64,000 nt of DNA from positions 3,562 through 67,561 of the forward strand of contig JAWUWM010000050.1 in the NCBI GenBank assembly GCA_034111845.1, written 5' to 3'. Below are positions 18,410 to 28,328 of the stretch, in pieces. Positions within the stretch are counted from its first letter, which is position 1. Every line of letters starts with the position of its first letter. The notes below the pieces were generated by a model. That model was not told where the DNA came from, made no database searches, and was given only the letters and a program-made list of their open reading frames with translations. A program made the position numbers and the translations under genes. The DNA comes from Psychroserpens sp. (GTDB taxonomy: Bacteria > Bacteroidota > Bacteroidia > Flavobacteriales > Flavobacteriaceae).

Positions 18410-19972
18410 CTACTTAGTTTCTGCTTTATCTGCAATTATTCTAGCATCGCGATTTGCAACTTCCCACGCTGTGTAAAATACCAATCGTGTTCTGTTTTCT
18501 AATAAATCATATTGGATTTTATCTGGCGTATCACTTGGTTTATGATAATCGTCATGCGTCCCGTTGAAATAGAAAATTACAGGAATGTTGTTCTTAGCGA
18601 AGTTATAATGGTCACTTCTGTAATAGAAACGGTTTGGATCATTTTCATCATTATAGGTGTAATCTAAGATGATATTGGTGTATTTTGTATTTGCTTCTTC
18701 GGAAATGTTATGCAATTCTGTACTGAGTTTGTCACTTCCAATAAGATAGACGTAGTTTCTGTCTCCTTCACGTTTGGGATCTGTTCGTCCAATCATATCA
18801 ATGTTTAAATCGGCAACTGTATTTTTTAATGGGAAAATAGGATCATTATCTGTATAATGTCTAGATCCTAAAAGTCCTTTTTCTTCTCCTGTAACATGTA
18901 AAAATAGGATAGATCGTTTTGGTCCATCACCATTATCTGCAGCAGCTTTGAATGCTTCTGCTATTTCTAGAATAGCTACAGTACCAGATCCATCGTCATC
19001 TGCACCATTGTAAATTTCACCGTCTTTAATCCCTTCGTGGTCTAGGTGTGCAGAGATGACAAGAACCTCATCTGGTTTTTCTGTTCCTTTTAAAAATGCG
19101 ACAACGTTTTCAGACTCTACTGGCTCAGTTTGACTTTTAATATCAGTAACTATTTTTGTTGCTATCGTTTTTGGAGTGTCAGAATCCATAATCTCTGCAT
19201 AGATTGATTTTCCTAGTTTTTCACTAGTCACCATAAATAACATAGCCGGTTCTTTACTTTTCAGTGAAATTCTACCAGCAGCGCCAGATGCTGCAATTCT
19301 TTGATAATAGGCGCCATATTGTGCAATCATTTGTTGATTAACAAAAAGTGTTGCTTTTGCTCCATTATCTTTAGCTGCGTCTCGTTTTGATGAGATTGAC
19401 GCTCTACCAGAACTCCATTTAGTATCTTCGGTTGTTCCTGAGGTTATGTAATTTCCATCAGAATCCTTAGGTTCACCAGCCTTTATGAGAACTATTTTTC
19501 CTTTAACATCTAGGTCTTTATAATCTGAGTAGTTTTCTGAGTCAATACCGTAACCAGCATAAACCACTTCATTAATATCTAATTGTTGAGTATCTGCATT
19601 ACCCAGAATTAAAAAGTCTGTGTAGTGTTCCATTGCGGATTCATTAATGATCATGTCTACTTCCGGCGCTTTTTGTTTTTCTAAAGGGACTTCTTGAAAG
19701 TAGTCATCACCAGAAAGTGGTGAAGGAATACCCATATTGACATATTGATCTTTTAAATAGTTAACCGCTTTCTTTTGACCTGGTTCTCCTGTATCACGTC
19801 CTTCAAAGTCATCTGAAGCATAGATATAAAGCATATCTTTTAGTTCTTGAGACGTTATGGTATTACCGTAAACTGTTGGGTCTGCAGGAGCTTTATTTAC
19901 AGCTTTTTTGTTGGAGCTACCACAGCCTATTAAAAGTAATCCAGCAGCTAGGATATTAAAAGATTTTTTCAT
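18410..19972 (-). CDS. M28 metallopeptidase lipoprotein with PA domain
   Basis: Lipobox LIGC; SAHLDH, NGADDDGSG, GEEKGLLGS, RSDH, YH motifs; YAGYGI..DVKGK PA insert. Confidence 0.92.
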   Translation of the reverse strand: MKKSFNILAAGLLLIGCGSSNKKAVNKAPADPTVYGNTITSQELKDMLYIYASDDFEGRDTGEPGQKKAVNYLKDQYVNMGIPSPLSGDDYFQEVPLEKQKAPEVDMIINESAMEHYTDFLILGNADTQQLDINEVVYAGYGIDSENYSDYKDLDVKGKIVLIKAGEPKDSDGNYITSGTTEDTKWSSGRASISSKRDAAKDNGAKATLFVNQQMIAQYGAYYQRIAASGAAGRISLKSKEPAMLFMVTSEKLGKSIYAEIMDSDTPKTIATKIVTDIKSQTEPVESENVVAFLKGTEKPDEVLVISAHLDHEGIKDGEIYNGADDDGSGTVAILEIAEAFKAAADNGDGPKRSILFLHVTGEEKGLLGSRHYTDNDPIFPLKNTVADLNIDMIGRTDPKREGDRNYVYLIGSDKLSTELHNISEEANTKYTNIILDYTYNDENDPNRFYYRSDHYNFAKNNIPVIFYFNGTHDDYHKPSDTPDKIQYDLLENRTRLVFYTAWEVANRDARIIADKAETK

Positions 19973-20069
19973 TAAATATTTGTTTCGTGAATTTATGATA
20001 CGATATTACGAAAAATCTGAATAAGTTTTTGTGAAGACTATTAGTCTTTATAGAAATTTTAACAAGCTG

Positions 20070-21104
20070 TTAATAGTCTTGATCAACGACGATTCTTTTA
20101 TCAGAATTTGCCAAATACCAAGCGGTTGCAAAAATTAATTTTGTTCGCTTTTCAAGTAATTCGTAGTCAATTTTTTCTGGTGTATCTGTAGGTTGATGAT
20201 AATCATCATGTTCGCCATTAAAATAGAAAATTACAGGTACTCCTTTTTGGGCAAAATTGTAGTGGTCTGACCTAAAGTAATATTGGTTAGGGTCATTATC
20301 ACTATTGAGTTTGTAATCTAACTCTAGCTTTGTAAACTCTGTATTTGCAGCTTCAGAAATATAGTGCAGTTGTGTACTTAAACGATCTGAACCAATAAGA
20401 TATATATAATTGGGATTATTTTCGTGGGCATCATCTATACGACCTATCATATCTATATTAAGATTGGCAACTGTATTTCTCATTGAAAATACTGGGTACT
20501 TGGTGTAGTATTTGGAGCCTTTTAGTCCAACTTCTTCGCCAGTAAGGTGTAAAAAAACAATACTACGTTTTGGGCCACTACCTTCTAAGGCTGCTTTTTG
20601 AAACGCCTGAGCCATTTCCATCACCGCAGCAGTACCAGATCCATTGTCATCTGCACCATTATATATTTCGGTATCTGTGTAGCCTTCGTGATCTGAATGT
20701 GCAGATATTACAATGACTTCTTCTGGAAATTCTCTACCTTTCACATAAGCGATGACGTTTTGAGATTTTTTTAGATCTTCAGAAAAGAAAGACTTTGGTA
20801 CGTTTTGGTAATATTTAGACCCTAATGGTGATGCTATTTTTTCCTTTATATAATAATCCTTTAAGTATTTAGAAGCTTTATGATGACCGGGTTCTCCAGT
20901 TTTTCGACCTTGAAATTCATCTGTTGAAAAGTCATAAACGTGCGCTTTAAGGTCTTCTTTAGAAATGGTGTTGAGATAGATGTATACAGTTTGTTCATCT
21001 TCAAAAACAATACTTTCTTTGAGTTTATCTATTTTTTCGTTATGACGCAAAGTAGCGCATGAACCAACAAGAGTAAGGGATAAAGCAATAAGGTAAAGTT
21101 TCAT
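20070..21104 (-). CDS. M28 metallopeptidase lipoprotein
   Basis: VGSC lipobox; SAHSDH, GADDNGSG, GEEVG, RSDH. Paralog of the adjacent gene without the PA domain. Confidence 0.92.
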   Translation of the reverse strand: MKLYLIALSLTLVGSCATLRHNEKIDKLKESIVFEDEQTVYIYLNTISKEDLKAHVYDFSTDEFQGRKTGEPGHHKASKYLKDYYIKEKIASPLGSKYYQNVPKSFFSEDLKKSQNVIAYVKGREFPEEVIVISAHSDHEGYTDTEIYNGADDNGSGTAAVMEMAQAFQKAALEGSGPKRSIVFLHLTGEEVGLKGSKYYTKYPVFSMRNTVANLNIDMIGRIDDAHENNPNYIYLIGSDRLSTQLHYISEAANTEFTKLELDYKLNSDNDPNQYYFRSDHYNFAQKGVPVIFYFNGEHDDYHQPTDTPEKIDYELLEKRTKLIFATAWYLANSDKRIVVDQDY

Positions 21105-21181
21105 TTGGGGATAATAAACTTAATTAAATTTAAATAAAATGAAAATTAAGGTAATACTGGAGTGTTACCTTAATTTAATTA

Positions 21182-21520
21182 TTACATGTCTATATCATCA
21201 ATTTCTAAACCATCGAGTTCTTCAATTGATTCTTCTTCAAGTTGTTCTTCTTTCTCCTCCATTTTATCTGTGTTTCCAACTTCAGAGGTGCTAAATACTG
21301 CTTTATAAGTTGTAAGCGCTAGGGCGATAATAGTCATTAGAAAGATTAACTGAATTGGTTTTTTGAAATGCTGTTTATCCTTAGAAGTAAACAAAGCGAG
21401 CAGTCCAAAGACTAAAGCAGCTATAGCTGGTATAAATGCAATATTAAATAACGGTGTTACTGCTAGTATGAGTGCTAAAATGGCAGTAATAAAACCAAAA
21501 ATTAAAAATAACTTCTTCAT
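21182..21520 (-). CDS. Hypothetical 3-TM protein with acidic tail
   Basis: Hydrophobic segments; E/D-rich C-terminus. Confidence 0.7.
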   Translation of the reverse strand: MKKLFLIFGFITAILALILAVTPLFNIAFIPAIAALVFGLLALFTSKDKQHFKKPIQLIFLMTIIALALTTYKAVFSTSEVGNTDKMEEKEEQLEEESIEELDGLEIDDIDM

Positions 21521-21524
21521 ATAA

Positions 21525-22307
21525 TTAGTGTTTTAAACCTGTTGCTGATTTGATTTTTAATTCTCCACTTCCAACTGCTATTTTAAATTTAGCGTAGACT
21601 GGTATTTTGTTTTGATCTGCTGTAAGCCACAAAATATTGCCATTACTCCCTTTAAGAACAGTACTATTGTTTATTGAAATTCCCAATTTGTAACATTCTT
21701 TTTTACCTATAGCTGTATTTATAGTTTCTTTGCCTAATAATTTAATTGTCACAACACTTTCTTTGGTATCAAAGAGTACTGTGAAGTTTTGACTATCACC
21801 AATACTAGCTTTGTGTATATCTAAGTTTCTTATCTGATAAAGTGTTGTTACTAAATCACGAGTTGAAGCCCCTATTTTAAAAGATTTATTTTCTTCCCAT
21901 ATGGTCCCATCACTTCTCGTTTTGCGCATTGTACTCGCAACAGTTCTAGTTTTATGATTGAACTTATACTTCATGAATTTGTCATGACCACCTTCACTAA
22001 TATCTCTATTATATAAATACGGTGTTAATGTTTTTGGGCTTACATAACTTTCATATAAATCTCTAATTTTAAAGAAACTGTCCCATTTACTGTAGGTTGT
22101 GGCAGTACATTTTAATTTTAATAAGGTGGATTTTGATGTCTTTACAGCACTAGTCTCCATAGTGACTTGAGCTAGCTCATTAAGTAGTCCAGACATGTTG
22201 TAGGATGCAGCAAAGGTTAGTTTTTCACCCGCAGCAATAGCATTGTTTTGAGAAGACGCACTAGACAAAACACATATAATAAAAGCTGGTATTAAAAGTA
22301 ATCTCAT
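21525..22307 (-). CDS. DUF3108-like periplasmic protein
   Basis: GEKLTF..Y, FFKIRDLYESY, WLTADQNKIPV; signal peptide. Confidence 0.75.
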   Translation of the reverse strand: MRLLLIPAFIICVLSSASSQNNAIAAGEKLTFAASYNMSGLLNELAQVTMETSAVKTSKSTLLKLKCTATTYSKWDSFFKIRDLYESYVSPKTLTPYLYNRDISEGGHDKFMKYKFNHKTRTVASTMRKTRSDGTIWEENKSFKIGASTRDLVTTLYQIRNLDIHKASIGDSQNFTVLFDTKESVVTIKLLGKETINTAIGKKECYKLGISINNSTVLKGSNGNILWLTADQNKIPVYAKFKIAVGSGELKIKSATGLKH

Positions 22308-22428
22308 AATTATTAGTTTGGTTTAATAACGTATTAATAAGCATTTATTGTGCCAAAATACAATGCTTTCTAATATCTAACTAATTTTTTTATTGAAGTT
22401 TCAATTGATATAATTACTTAGTCTTAAA

Positions 22429-22471
22429 TGATATTTATCATAATTTACTTTGAGGATACTTAGTAACTTAG
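22429..22471 (+). promoter_or_regulatory. Regulon box + -7 element (usp)
   Basis: TGATATTTATCA 22429-22440, 23 bp, TAACTTAG at 22464. Confidence 0.85.
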
Positions 22472-22495
22472 TATTGAACCCAATTGGTTTGAATT

Positions 22496-23332
22496 ATGAA
22501 AAAAATATTATTACCCACAGATTTTTCTGAGAACTCTATCAACGCTATACATTACGCACTAAATTTATTTGAACATGATACATGTACTTTTTTTATACTT
22601 CATGTAAAAAGTTCAACATCCTATACTACTGATGATTTAATGCTTGCAGGCAGTGAAAGTCTTTATGACTCCATAGTCAAAGGCACAAAAGATCAACTTG
22701 ATAACTTAGTTGCTAGATTGAAAAAACAGTTTAATAATAAGAATTTTCAATATGAAACGATTGTAGATTATGATATTTTAATCGCAGCGATAAAGCAAGT
22801 TAAAACATCAAAACAGATAGATTTAATAGTGATGGGAAGTAATGGTGTTACTGGTGCAAAAGAAGTTGTTTTTGGGAGCAATACCATCAATGTTATCAGA
22901 AATGTTGATTCTGATATATTAGTTATTCCTGAGGGTTTTCAATTTGAGAAACTAAAAGAGATTTTACTTCCACTAGATTCTTTTGATTCTATGGGTGGTA
23001 AAGCGTTTTCTAAAATATTAAAATTCGTTAAAGCTTACTCTAGTAAATTACATGTTTTAAGAATAAATCAAAATGGGATCACACTAGATGTTCAAAATAA
23101 TGACTTAAAGAATATTGCATATTTTTTAAAAGATTTTCCCGGAATTTATCATAATATTAATGGCGTACCTATGCATTTTGCAGTTAGTAATTATATTCAA
23201 ACGCATGCCATAGGTTTAACAATACTTATTGAACAGAAAGAACTACTCTTTGAGCGTTTTTTTATGGGCTCTTCAACCACAAAAATTGGAAATAATATTG
23301 AAGTTCCACTTTTAGTGTTTCATAGTAGTTAA
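22496..23332 (+). CDS. Universal stress protein (tandem USP)
   Basis: KILLPTDFSENS, DLIVMGSNG..FGSNT. Confidence 0.93.
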   Translation: MKKILLPTDFSENSINAIHYALNLFEHDTCTFFILHVKSSTSYTTDDLMLAGSESLYDSIVKGTKDQLDNLVARLKKQFNNKNFQYETIVDYDILIAAIKQVKTSKQIDLIVMGSNGVTGAKEVVFGSNTINVIRNVDSDILVIPEGFQFEKLKEILLPLDSFDSMGGKAFSKILKFVKAYSSKLHVLRINQNGITLDVQNNDLKNIAYFLKDFPGIYHNINGVPMHFAVSNYIQTHAIGLTILIEQKELLFERFFMGSSTTKIGNNIEVPLLVFHSS

Positions 23333-23422
23333 TAATTGGTTTTAATGAACAACTAAAAAAGGCTCTATGGTAAATTTAAGAGGCCTAATTATACTATTCT
23401 GATTCTGTTTATTTCGCTATTT

Positions 23423-24094
23423 TTACTGATGAATAATGTTTTCAGTTTTTTCTTCTTTTATAATTAAGGGTGTTATTAATTGCTCTTCTTCCAATATTGC
23501 AATAGCTAATTTCACATAATCATTTACTGTTTTTTCAATAGATCTTGGGTCTGTGATGTTGATGTAGCCTTTCCATATAAGTTCTCTGTCTTTTGTTGGG
23601 CAAATACAATACATTGAGGTTTCTGCCTTATAAATTTTATATTCTTCATAGTAGTCTGGATTATAGACTATATCTTGATGTATTAAATAGTCATCTTTAA
23701 ATTTTAGATATGTTTCACCGTAATTTTTATAATCTCTTTTATAAACTGTTTTATCTTCAACACCCGTAATTTTAGTGAGGATTATAGTGTCAAACCCATC
23801 TTCAATAAGCTTGCTTTCTAGAGAATCTAAGTCTGCTTCTGTCATTCTATCAGTTTTTGAAGTATGATCTAATACATTCAAACTGATAACAGCTTCAGTA
23901 CCTCTGAGTTCTAGTTCATTTTTTAGTTTTTCTTCGAATTGCTGCCTCGCAGCCTTGTCTGAAGTCAAGCCAACTATCAGTACTTTATAAGGTTCGTACG
24001 TATCTATATTTGGATTTTTCCAACGCTCTACTAATTGTGTTGAAGAGCAACTGATTAAAAGAGCAGTTGCAATTATTGCTAGTGATTTTTTCAT
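23423..24094 (-). CDS. Hypothetical lipoprotein
   Basis: LISC lipobox, KVLIVG, ELIWKG. Confidence 0.75.
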   Translation of the reverse strand: MKKSLAIIATALLISCSSTQLVERWKNPNIDTYEPYKVLIVGLTSDKAARQQFEEKLKNELELRGTEAVISLNVLDHTSKTDRMTEADLDSLESKLIEDGFDTIILTKITGVEDKTVYKRDYKNYGETYLKFKDDYLIHQDIVYNPDYYEEYKIYKAETSMYCICPTKDRELIWKGYINITDPRSIEKTVNDYVKLAIAILEEEQLITPLIIKEEKTENIIHQ

Positions 24095-24111
24095 AACAAT
24101 TGATATCTAAG

Positions 24112-24561
24112 TTATTCTCTATCTAATAGGTGTCTTTGTTTGTCTTCCTTTTTGATGTCTTTTATAATTCTAAAGAGTTCAGATTTCATTAACTTATACT
24201 CTTTTAGGAAGTCGGTAATTGCTATGATTAAATCGCTGTGTTCTTTGGTGTAAGCTTTTTCTTGTTCCACCTGGTTTATACCATCAATCATTATTTGTAG
24301 TTCATTTTCATGAACCTTAACTGCTTCTATAAGAATATTATTTCGTTTTTGAGATTTATTAATTACATCGACAATTTCTTTAGTATCAGAAAATTTTCCT
24401 GACTCAATTATTAAAGAAGTAAACGATGTTATAAGGTATTCAAAAAACAGATGTTCATCTTTTATAAAACTTAATTCAGATAGCCATTCTTTTGATGCTT
24501 GGTGTATTTCATCAGCACTTAGCCATTGTACATATTTAACCTGTGTTTGTATAGTTTTCAT
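24112..24561 (-). CDS. Conserved helical hypothetical protein
   Basis: HQASKEWLSELSFIKDE...HENEL; resembles the split gene at 25181-25592. Confidence 0.75.
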   Translation of the reverse strand: MKTIQTQVKYVQWLSADEIHQASKEWLSELSFIKDEHLFFEYLITSFTSLIIESGKFSDTKEIVDVINKSQKRNNILIEAVKVHENELQIMIDGINQVEQEKAYTKEHSDLIIAITDFLKEYKLMKSELFRIIKDIKKEDKQRHLLDRE

Positions 24562-24577
24562 TATTTGTTTTTTTTAA

Positions 24578-24619
24578 AGAAAGCAGAGTAAAGTCTCTCT
24601 AACTTTAATCTGCTTTCTG
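24578..24619 (-). terminator. Hairpin after hsp20
   Basis: AGAAAGCAGA-GTAAAG..CTTTAA-TCTGCTTTCT. Confidence 0.55.
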
Positions 24620-24624
24620 GATGA

Positions 24625-25074
24625 TTACAAAACCTCAATTATTTTTTTAGACTTTTCTTTAGCCTCCTCTATCTTTTGAAGATTTAGTTTTAGAATACCA
24701 TTTTTGTAAGTAGCTTTTACATCTTGATTGGTATTAACTGATACCGGAAGTTTTAATGACCTTTTAAAGGAATTGTAACTAAACTCTTTACGAGTGTAAT
24801 CTTCTTCTTTTTCTTCGACTTCTTTTTCCTTTTGGCCACATACATTGAGTGTGTTGTCCTCAATAGTAACTTCAAAATCCTTTTTTGAAAATCCAGGGGC
24901 TGCAAATTCAATTTCATAATCTTGATCGTGTTCTTTGACGTTCATTGCAGGCATTAAACTGTCTTCGTCTAAAAAGTCATGGTTAAAAAAATGATCAGTA
25001 CTTAAAAAACTTTTAAGACTCTCGTTGTTCCATGGAAATAATCTATTTCCGTTGTTAAATTTTAGTATTGACAT
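24625..25074 (-). CDS. Hsp20/alpha-crystallin small heat-shock protein
   Basis: PAMNVKE..APGF..REFSYNSFKRS..ATYKNGIL. Confidence 0.95.
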   Translation of the reverse strand: MSILKFNNGNRLFPWNNESLKSFLSTDHFFNHDFLDEDSLMPAMNVKEHDQDYEIEFAAPGFSKKDFEVTIEDNTLNVCGQKEKEVEEKEEDYTRKEFSYNSFKRSLKLPVSVNTNQDVKATYKNGILKLNLQKIEEAKEKSKKIIEVL

Positions 25075-25112
25075 AATAATAGAATTTAGATGTTAAACTT
25101 TAATTTATATCT

Positions 25113-25155
25113 CTAAATTACTACTTAAGTGCGTTTTGTGAAATGATAAATATCA
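25113..25155 (-). promoter_or_regulatory. Regulon box + -7 element (hsp20)
   Basis: TGATAAATATCA 25144-25155, 23 bp, TAATTTAG (minus, 25120). Confidence 0.85.
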
Positions 25156-25180
25156 GTTTGATGAAATTTTTAGTAAGAAA

Positions 25181-25592
25181 TTAAACATTTTTAATTGTAC
25201 TTTTTAAGTATTGAAATATCTGTGATTTAAGGTTTTCAACATCTGTAATAAAATTGTGCGATTTACGCTCTAATTTATCTTGCGTTTTAATAAAAAACAT
25301 ATCGCACTCTAAATCATTACATTCTATTTTATTTGTAATTTTATTACTATGGGATTTTAATTCAAGTAATAAATTTTCTATTCGAATTGTATGTAAATCA
25401 ATTTTTTTTATCAAAAATCATAAGTGTTTCAAATAGATTCATGACTCTTGGTTTAAAAATTCTAGCTTCAATTAAGAATTTACAGAACCTTAATTCTTCA
25501 TCTAATTTCATTAATTTTTGTTTGAATTGACTTGTATTATAAAGCAATTCATCAATAGCTTTGTTACTGTTATATTCTAAATGTGCTTCCAT
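25181..25592 (-). pseudogene. Hypothetical protein split by +1 in an A8 tract
   Basis: GAT AAA AAA AAT TGA. Deleting one A (T8 at 25402-25409) fuses ORFs 25398-25592 and 25181-25414. Confidence 0.75.
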
Positions 25593-25603
25593 TGTTTCTT
25601 AGA

Positions 25604-26977
25604 TTAAATCATTACTTTTTCAATGTCTGTTAATTTTGGGATCTTTGCTTTCCACCCATATACATCTTCTATTTTTACTCTAAAAGCATCTAATGCAGTA
25701 GGTTCTCCATGAATTAAATAAACTTTTTCAGGAATATTTTTAATGTCACTCATCCAGTTTATTAAATCCTGTTGATCTCCATGAGCAGATAAACTTTCAA
25801 TATTTTTTATAGTAGCTTTTACGGAATAATATTTACCAAAAAAGCGAATTTCGTGTGCGCCTTCTAGTAGCTGCCTACCGCGAGTACCTTCAGCTTGGTA
25901 GCCAACCAGTAAAACTGTAGTTGATGGTTTATCAATGAGTTGTTGCAAATAGGTGAGCACTCGTCCTCCTGTGACCATACCACTTCCTGCAATAACAATT
26001 TTAGATCGCTTATCATCAATAGTTTCCCACGTTTCTTTATAAGATTGGATGATATTAACATGATTACACATCGCGTTGTAATCTTGTACGGATAATTTAT
26101 GCCATTTAGGGAAACGTTGAAATACATCTAAAACGTTGTTTCCCATAGGACTATCAATAAAAATAGGAATGTTTGGAATCTTATGTTCTTTATATAATTT
26201 CCAGAGGATATACATTAGGGTTTGCAGTCGTTCTACAGCAAAACTTGGAATGATTAAATTTCCATTATTATGAATAGTGTTTTTAATAATTTCAGTTAGA
26301 ATATCTTCGGTGTGGTCTATTGGATGCAATTTATTTCCGTAAGTGCTTTCTATAAATAAAAAATCTGCCCATTCTGGAGTTTTTGGAGTATTGAGGAGGT
26401 AATCATTTTGTCTGCCAATATCTCCTGAAAACACAAAGCGCTTGCCATTGATATCGATCTCTATGAATGTTGCACCTATAATGTGACCATTATATTGAAA
26501 ACGATATGAAATATGCTCTGAAAGTTTAATCCATTTATCTTCAATCTCTACCTCAAATAATTTTAGGGTATTCTCGGCATCTTTGATAGTATAGAAAGGC
26601 AGGGCAGGATGGTGTTTGCTGTATTTTTCTTTGTTAGCTTTATTGGCTTCTTCTTCATGAATTTTAGCGCTATCCTTTAATATGATTTTTGCTATTGCTA
26701 GAGTTGGTGCTGTGCCAATAATTTTTCCTGAAAAGCCTTGTTGTATTAAGCGGGGTAAATAGCCAACATGGTCTAAGTGTCCATGAGTTAATAACACAAT
26801 GTCAATGGAGGAAACATCAGTTGGAAGATCGCTCCAGTTTAATTCTCTGAGCCCCTTAAGACCTTGGAACATACCACAATCAACTAGTATGTTTTTTTCT
26901 GTAGTTTCAATTAGAAATTTTGAACCAGTGACAACTCCAGCTGCTCCTAAAAAGTTAATTTTTACAAAGTTTTCCAT
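25604..26977 (-). CDS. MBL-fold beta-CASP ribonuclease
   Basis: THGHLDH, GHIIG, SGDIG, ESTYG, PSFAVERLQ, SAHGD, HGE. Confidence 0.93.
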   Translation of the reverse strand: MENFVKINFLGAAGVVTGSKFLIETTEKNILVDCGMFQGLKGLRELNWSDLPTDVSSIDIVLLTHGHLDHVGYLPRLIQQGFSGKIIGTAPTLAIAKIILKDSAKIHEEEANKANKEKYSKHHPALPFYTIKDAENTLKLFEVEIEDKWIKLSEHISYRFQYNGHIIGATFIEIDINGKRFVFSGDIGRQNDYLLNTPKTPEWADFLFIESTYGNKLHPIDHTEDILTEIIKNTIHNNGNLIIPSFAVERLQTLMYILWKLYKEHKIPNIPIFIDSPMGNNVLDVFQRFPKWHKLSVQDYNAMCNHVNIIQSYKETWETIDDKRSKIVIAGSGMVTGGRVLTYLQQLIDKPSTTVLLVGYQAEGTRGRQLLEGAHEIRFFGKYYSVKATIKNIESLSAHGDQQDLINWMSDIKNIPEKVYLIHGEPTALDAFRVKIEDVYGWKAKIPKLTDIEKVMI

Positions 26978-26990
26978 TTTGATTGTTTAT

Positions 26991-27830
26991 TTATCCACAT
27001 AGTTGTGAAATTTCATTTAGAATTTTCTTTTTCCTTATTTCAGATATTCCTAAATGATCTAAAAAGAAACGGTCCTTCATTAATGCTCTACAGAGGACGA
27101 TATCTCTACTTAATAAAAATTGCTTTTCTCTATTTGTAAGCAATGTAGATACCGTTATTGGATATAAACCTAATTTATCAATTCTATCTTTTAGACCATT
27201 ATTTTTTGGGTAATCCCAGCTTAATAGATACAAACCACAGCAATTACCATATTGTAAGGCATCTTTTGTAAATCTCGTGTTTGTTACGACCCAACCAGGA
27301 GCAAGTGAGGCTGATTTTTTTAAGCTATTATTCCACTTTTCTTTAACATCCTGATATCTTGAGTTGATATATAAAGGGATTTTGACATTACAGTTTAGAC
27401 CTTGTTCACCATGAAATTTACATTCTATAATTGTTGCTTCAGAATTTTTGAAGGCTATAACATCTATTTCATGTGATACACACTTGCCTTGCAATGTAGT
27501 GCTAACTTCAGTTTTATATCCTGAATGATTTAACATAGCACTTACAAAACGTTCAAACGGAAAACCAGTTGGTCCGAGTTCATATATTGCCTTTTTGAGT
27601 TTATACTTGGAAGCGAGATGACTTTTGTTTTTTTTAAGTAAAGCAAAAGCTCTATTGTAAATCTCCTTAGTAGAAATGCCTTGATATAATTCATCACGAA
27701 CCTTATCTAGAATTTGATTAACAATCGTATTTTTTGCCCCAGTTTTTTTTAAAGAGGAACGCAATTTATCCAGTGAGAATTTTACTTTTTCACCAGAGGA
27801 TTTAATGATTTCGATATCTTGAATTTCCAT
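26991..27830 (-). CDS. ATP-cone + PD-(D/E)xK restriction-endonuclease-like protein
   Basis: IIKSSGEKVKFSLDKL..STKEI ATP-cone; FPFERFV..HEIDV..IIECKFH; TNTRFT. Confidence 0.85.
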   Translation of the reverse strand: MEIQDIEIIKSSGEKVKFSLDKLRSSLKKTGAKNTIVNQILDKVRDELYQGISTKEIYNRAFALLKKNKSHLASKYKLKKAIYELGPTGFPFERFVSAMLNHSGYKTEVSTTLQGKCVSHEIDVIAFKNSEATIIECKFHGEQGLNCNVKIPLYINSRYQDVKEKWNNSLKKSASLAPGWVVTNTRFTKDALQYGNCCGLYLLSWDYPKNNGLKDRIDKLGLYPITVSTLLTNREKQFLLSRDIVLCRALMKDRFFLDHLGISEIRKKKILNEISQLCG

Positions 27831-27908
27831 TCTAATGTTTTTAAAACCGCCAAAACCAATATTGCTTTTGACGATTTAACTTCATTAACTAATAAACTAT
27901 ATCTCGTT

Positions 27909-28316
27909 TTAAGTCGACTCAAAGAAGTCTCTTACCCAGGCTTTTACTTGATTTTCTGTCATACTATCAGTCTTTGTTGTTCTTTTTATTTTTGTACTCA
28001 AAAGTTTATAATTGTTATGTAATTCGTCACGAAACTTTTCATTTGTTCCTGCAGGGCCAAAAAGAACTAAAGCATCACTGTCATTAATCTTAGTTGTGAT
28101 ATCTGTAAAATACTGTTTGAGTTGATGTTTTTCACGTTCTAAATATTTACTATCTTGGACAACGTCTTGTGGGCCACCTTTTTGACGTGTTCCTGAGCCA
28201 CCATGATTATTATAGTGCTCTATGTTTGATGAAACAATTTGTAACGTTTCCTCTTCATTTTCTATGGTTACAATGAGAGCCTTGTCTTTGTCTAACCAGA
28301 TGCCTGTTTTTTTCAT
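27909..28316 (-). CDS. Hypothetical protein, eRF1-middle-domain/host-attachment-like
   Basis: GIWLD..ALIV, Gly-rich loop GGSGTRQKGGPQD, ..YF..I....ALVLFGP. Confidence 0.65.
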   Translation of the reverse strand: MKKTGIWLDKDKALIVTIENEEETLQIVSSNIEHYNNHGGSGTRQKGGPQDVVQDSKYLEREKHQLKQYFTDITTKINDSDALVLFGPAGTNEKFRDELHNNYKLLSTKIKRTTKTDSMTENQVKAWVRDFFEST

Positions 28317-28328
28317 TTTAAATATGTT

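Noticed and set aside
16840-22430. tRNA-His as the integration site of the stress cluster
   Set aside because: No integrase, no att-like direct repeat seen, and ordinary genes separate the tRNA from the cluster. Mobility cannot be shown from this window.
26991-27830. Restriction-modification or anti-phage system
   Set aside because: No methyltransferase or other defence genes nearby; the gene lies in a box-controlled stress operon.
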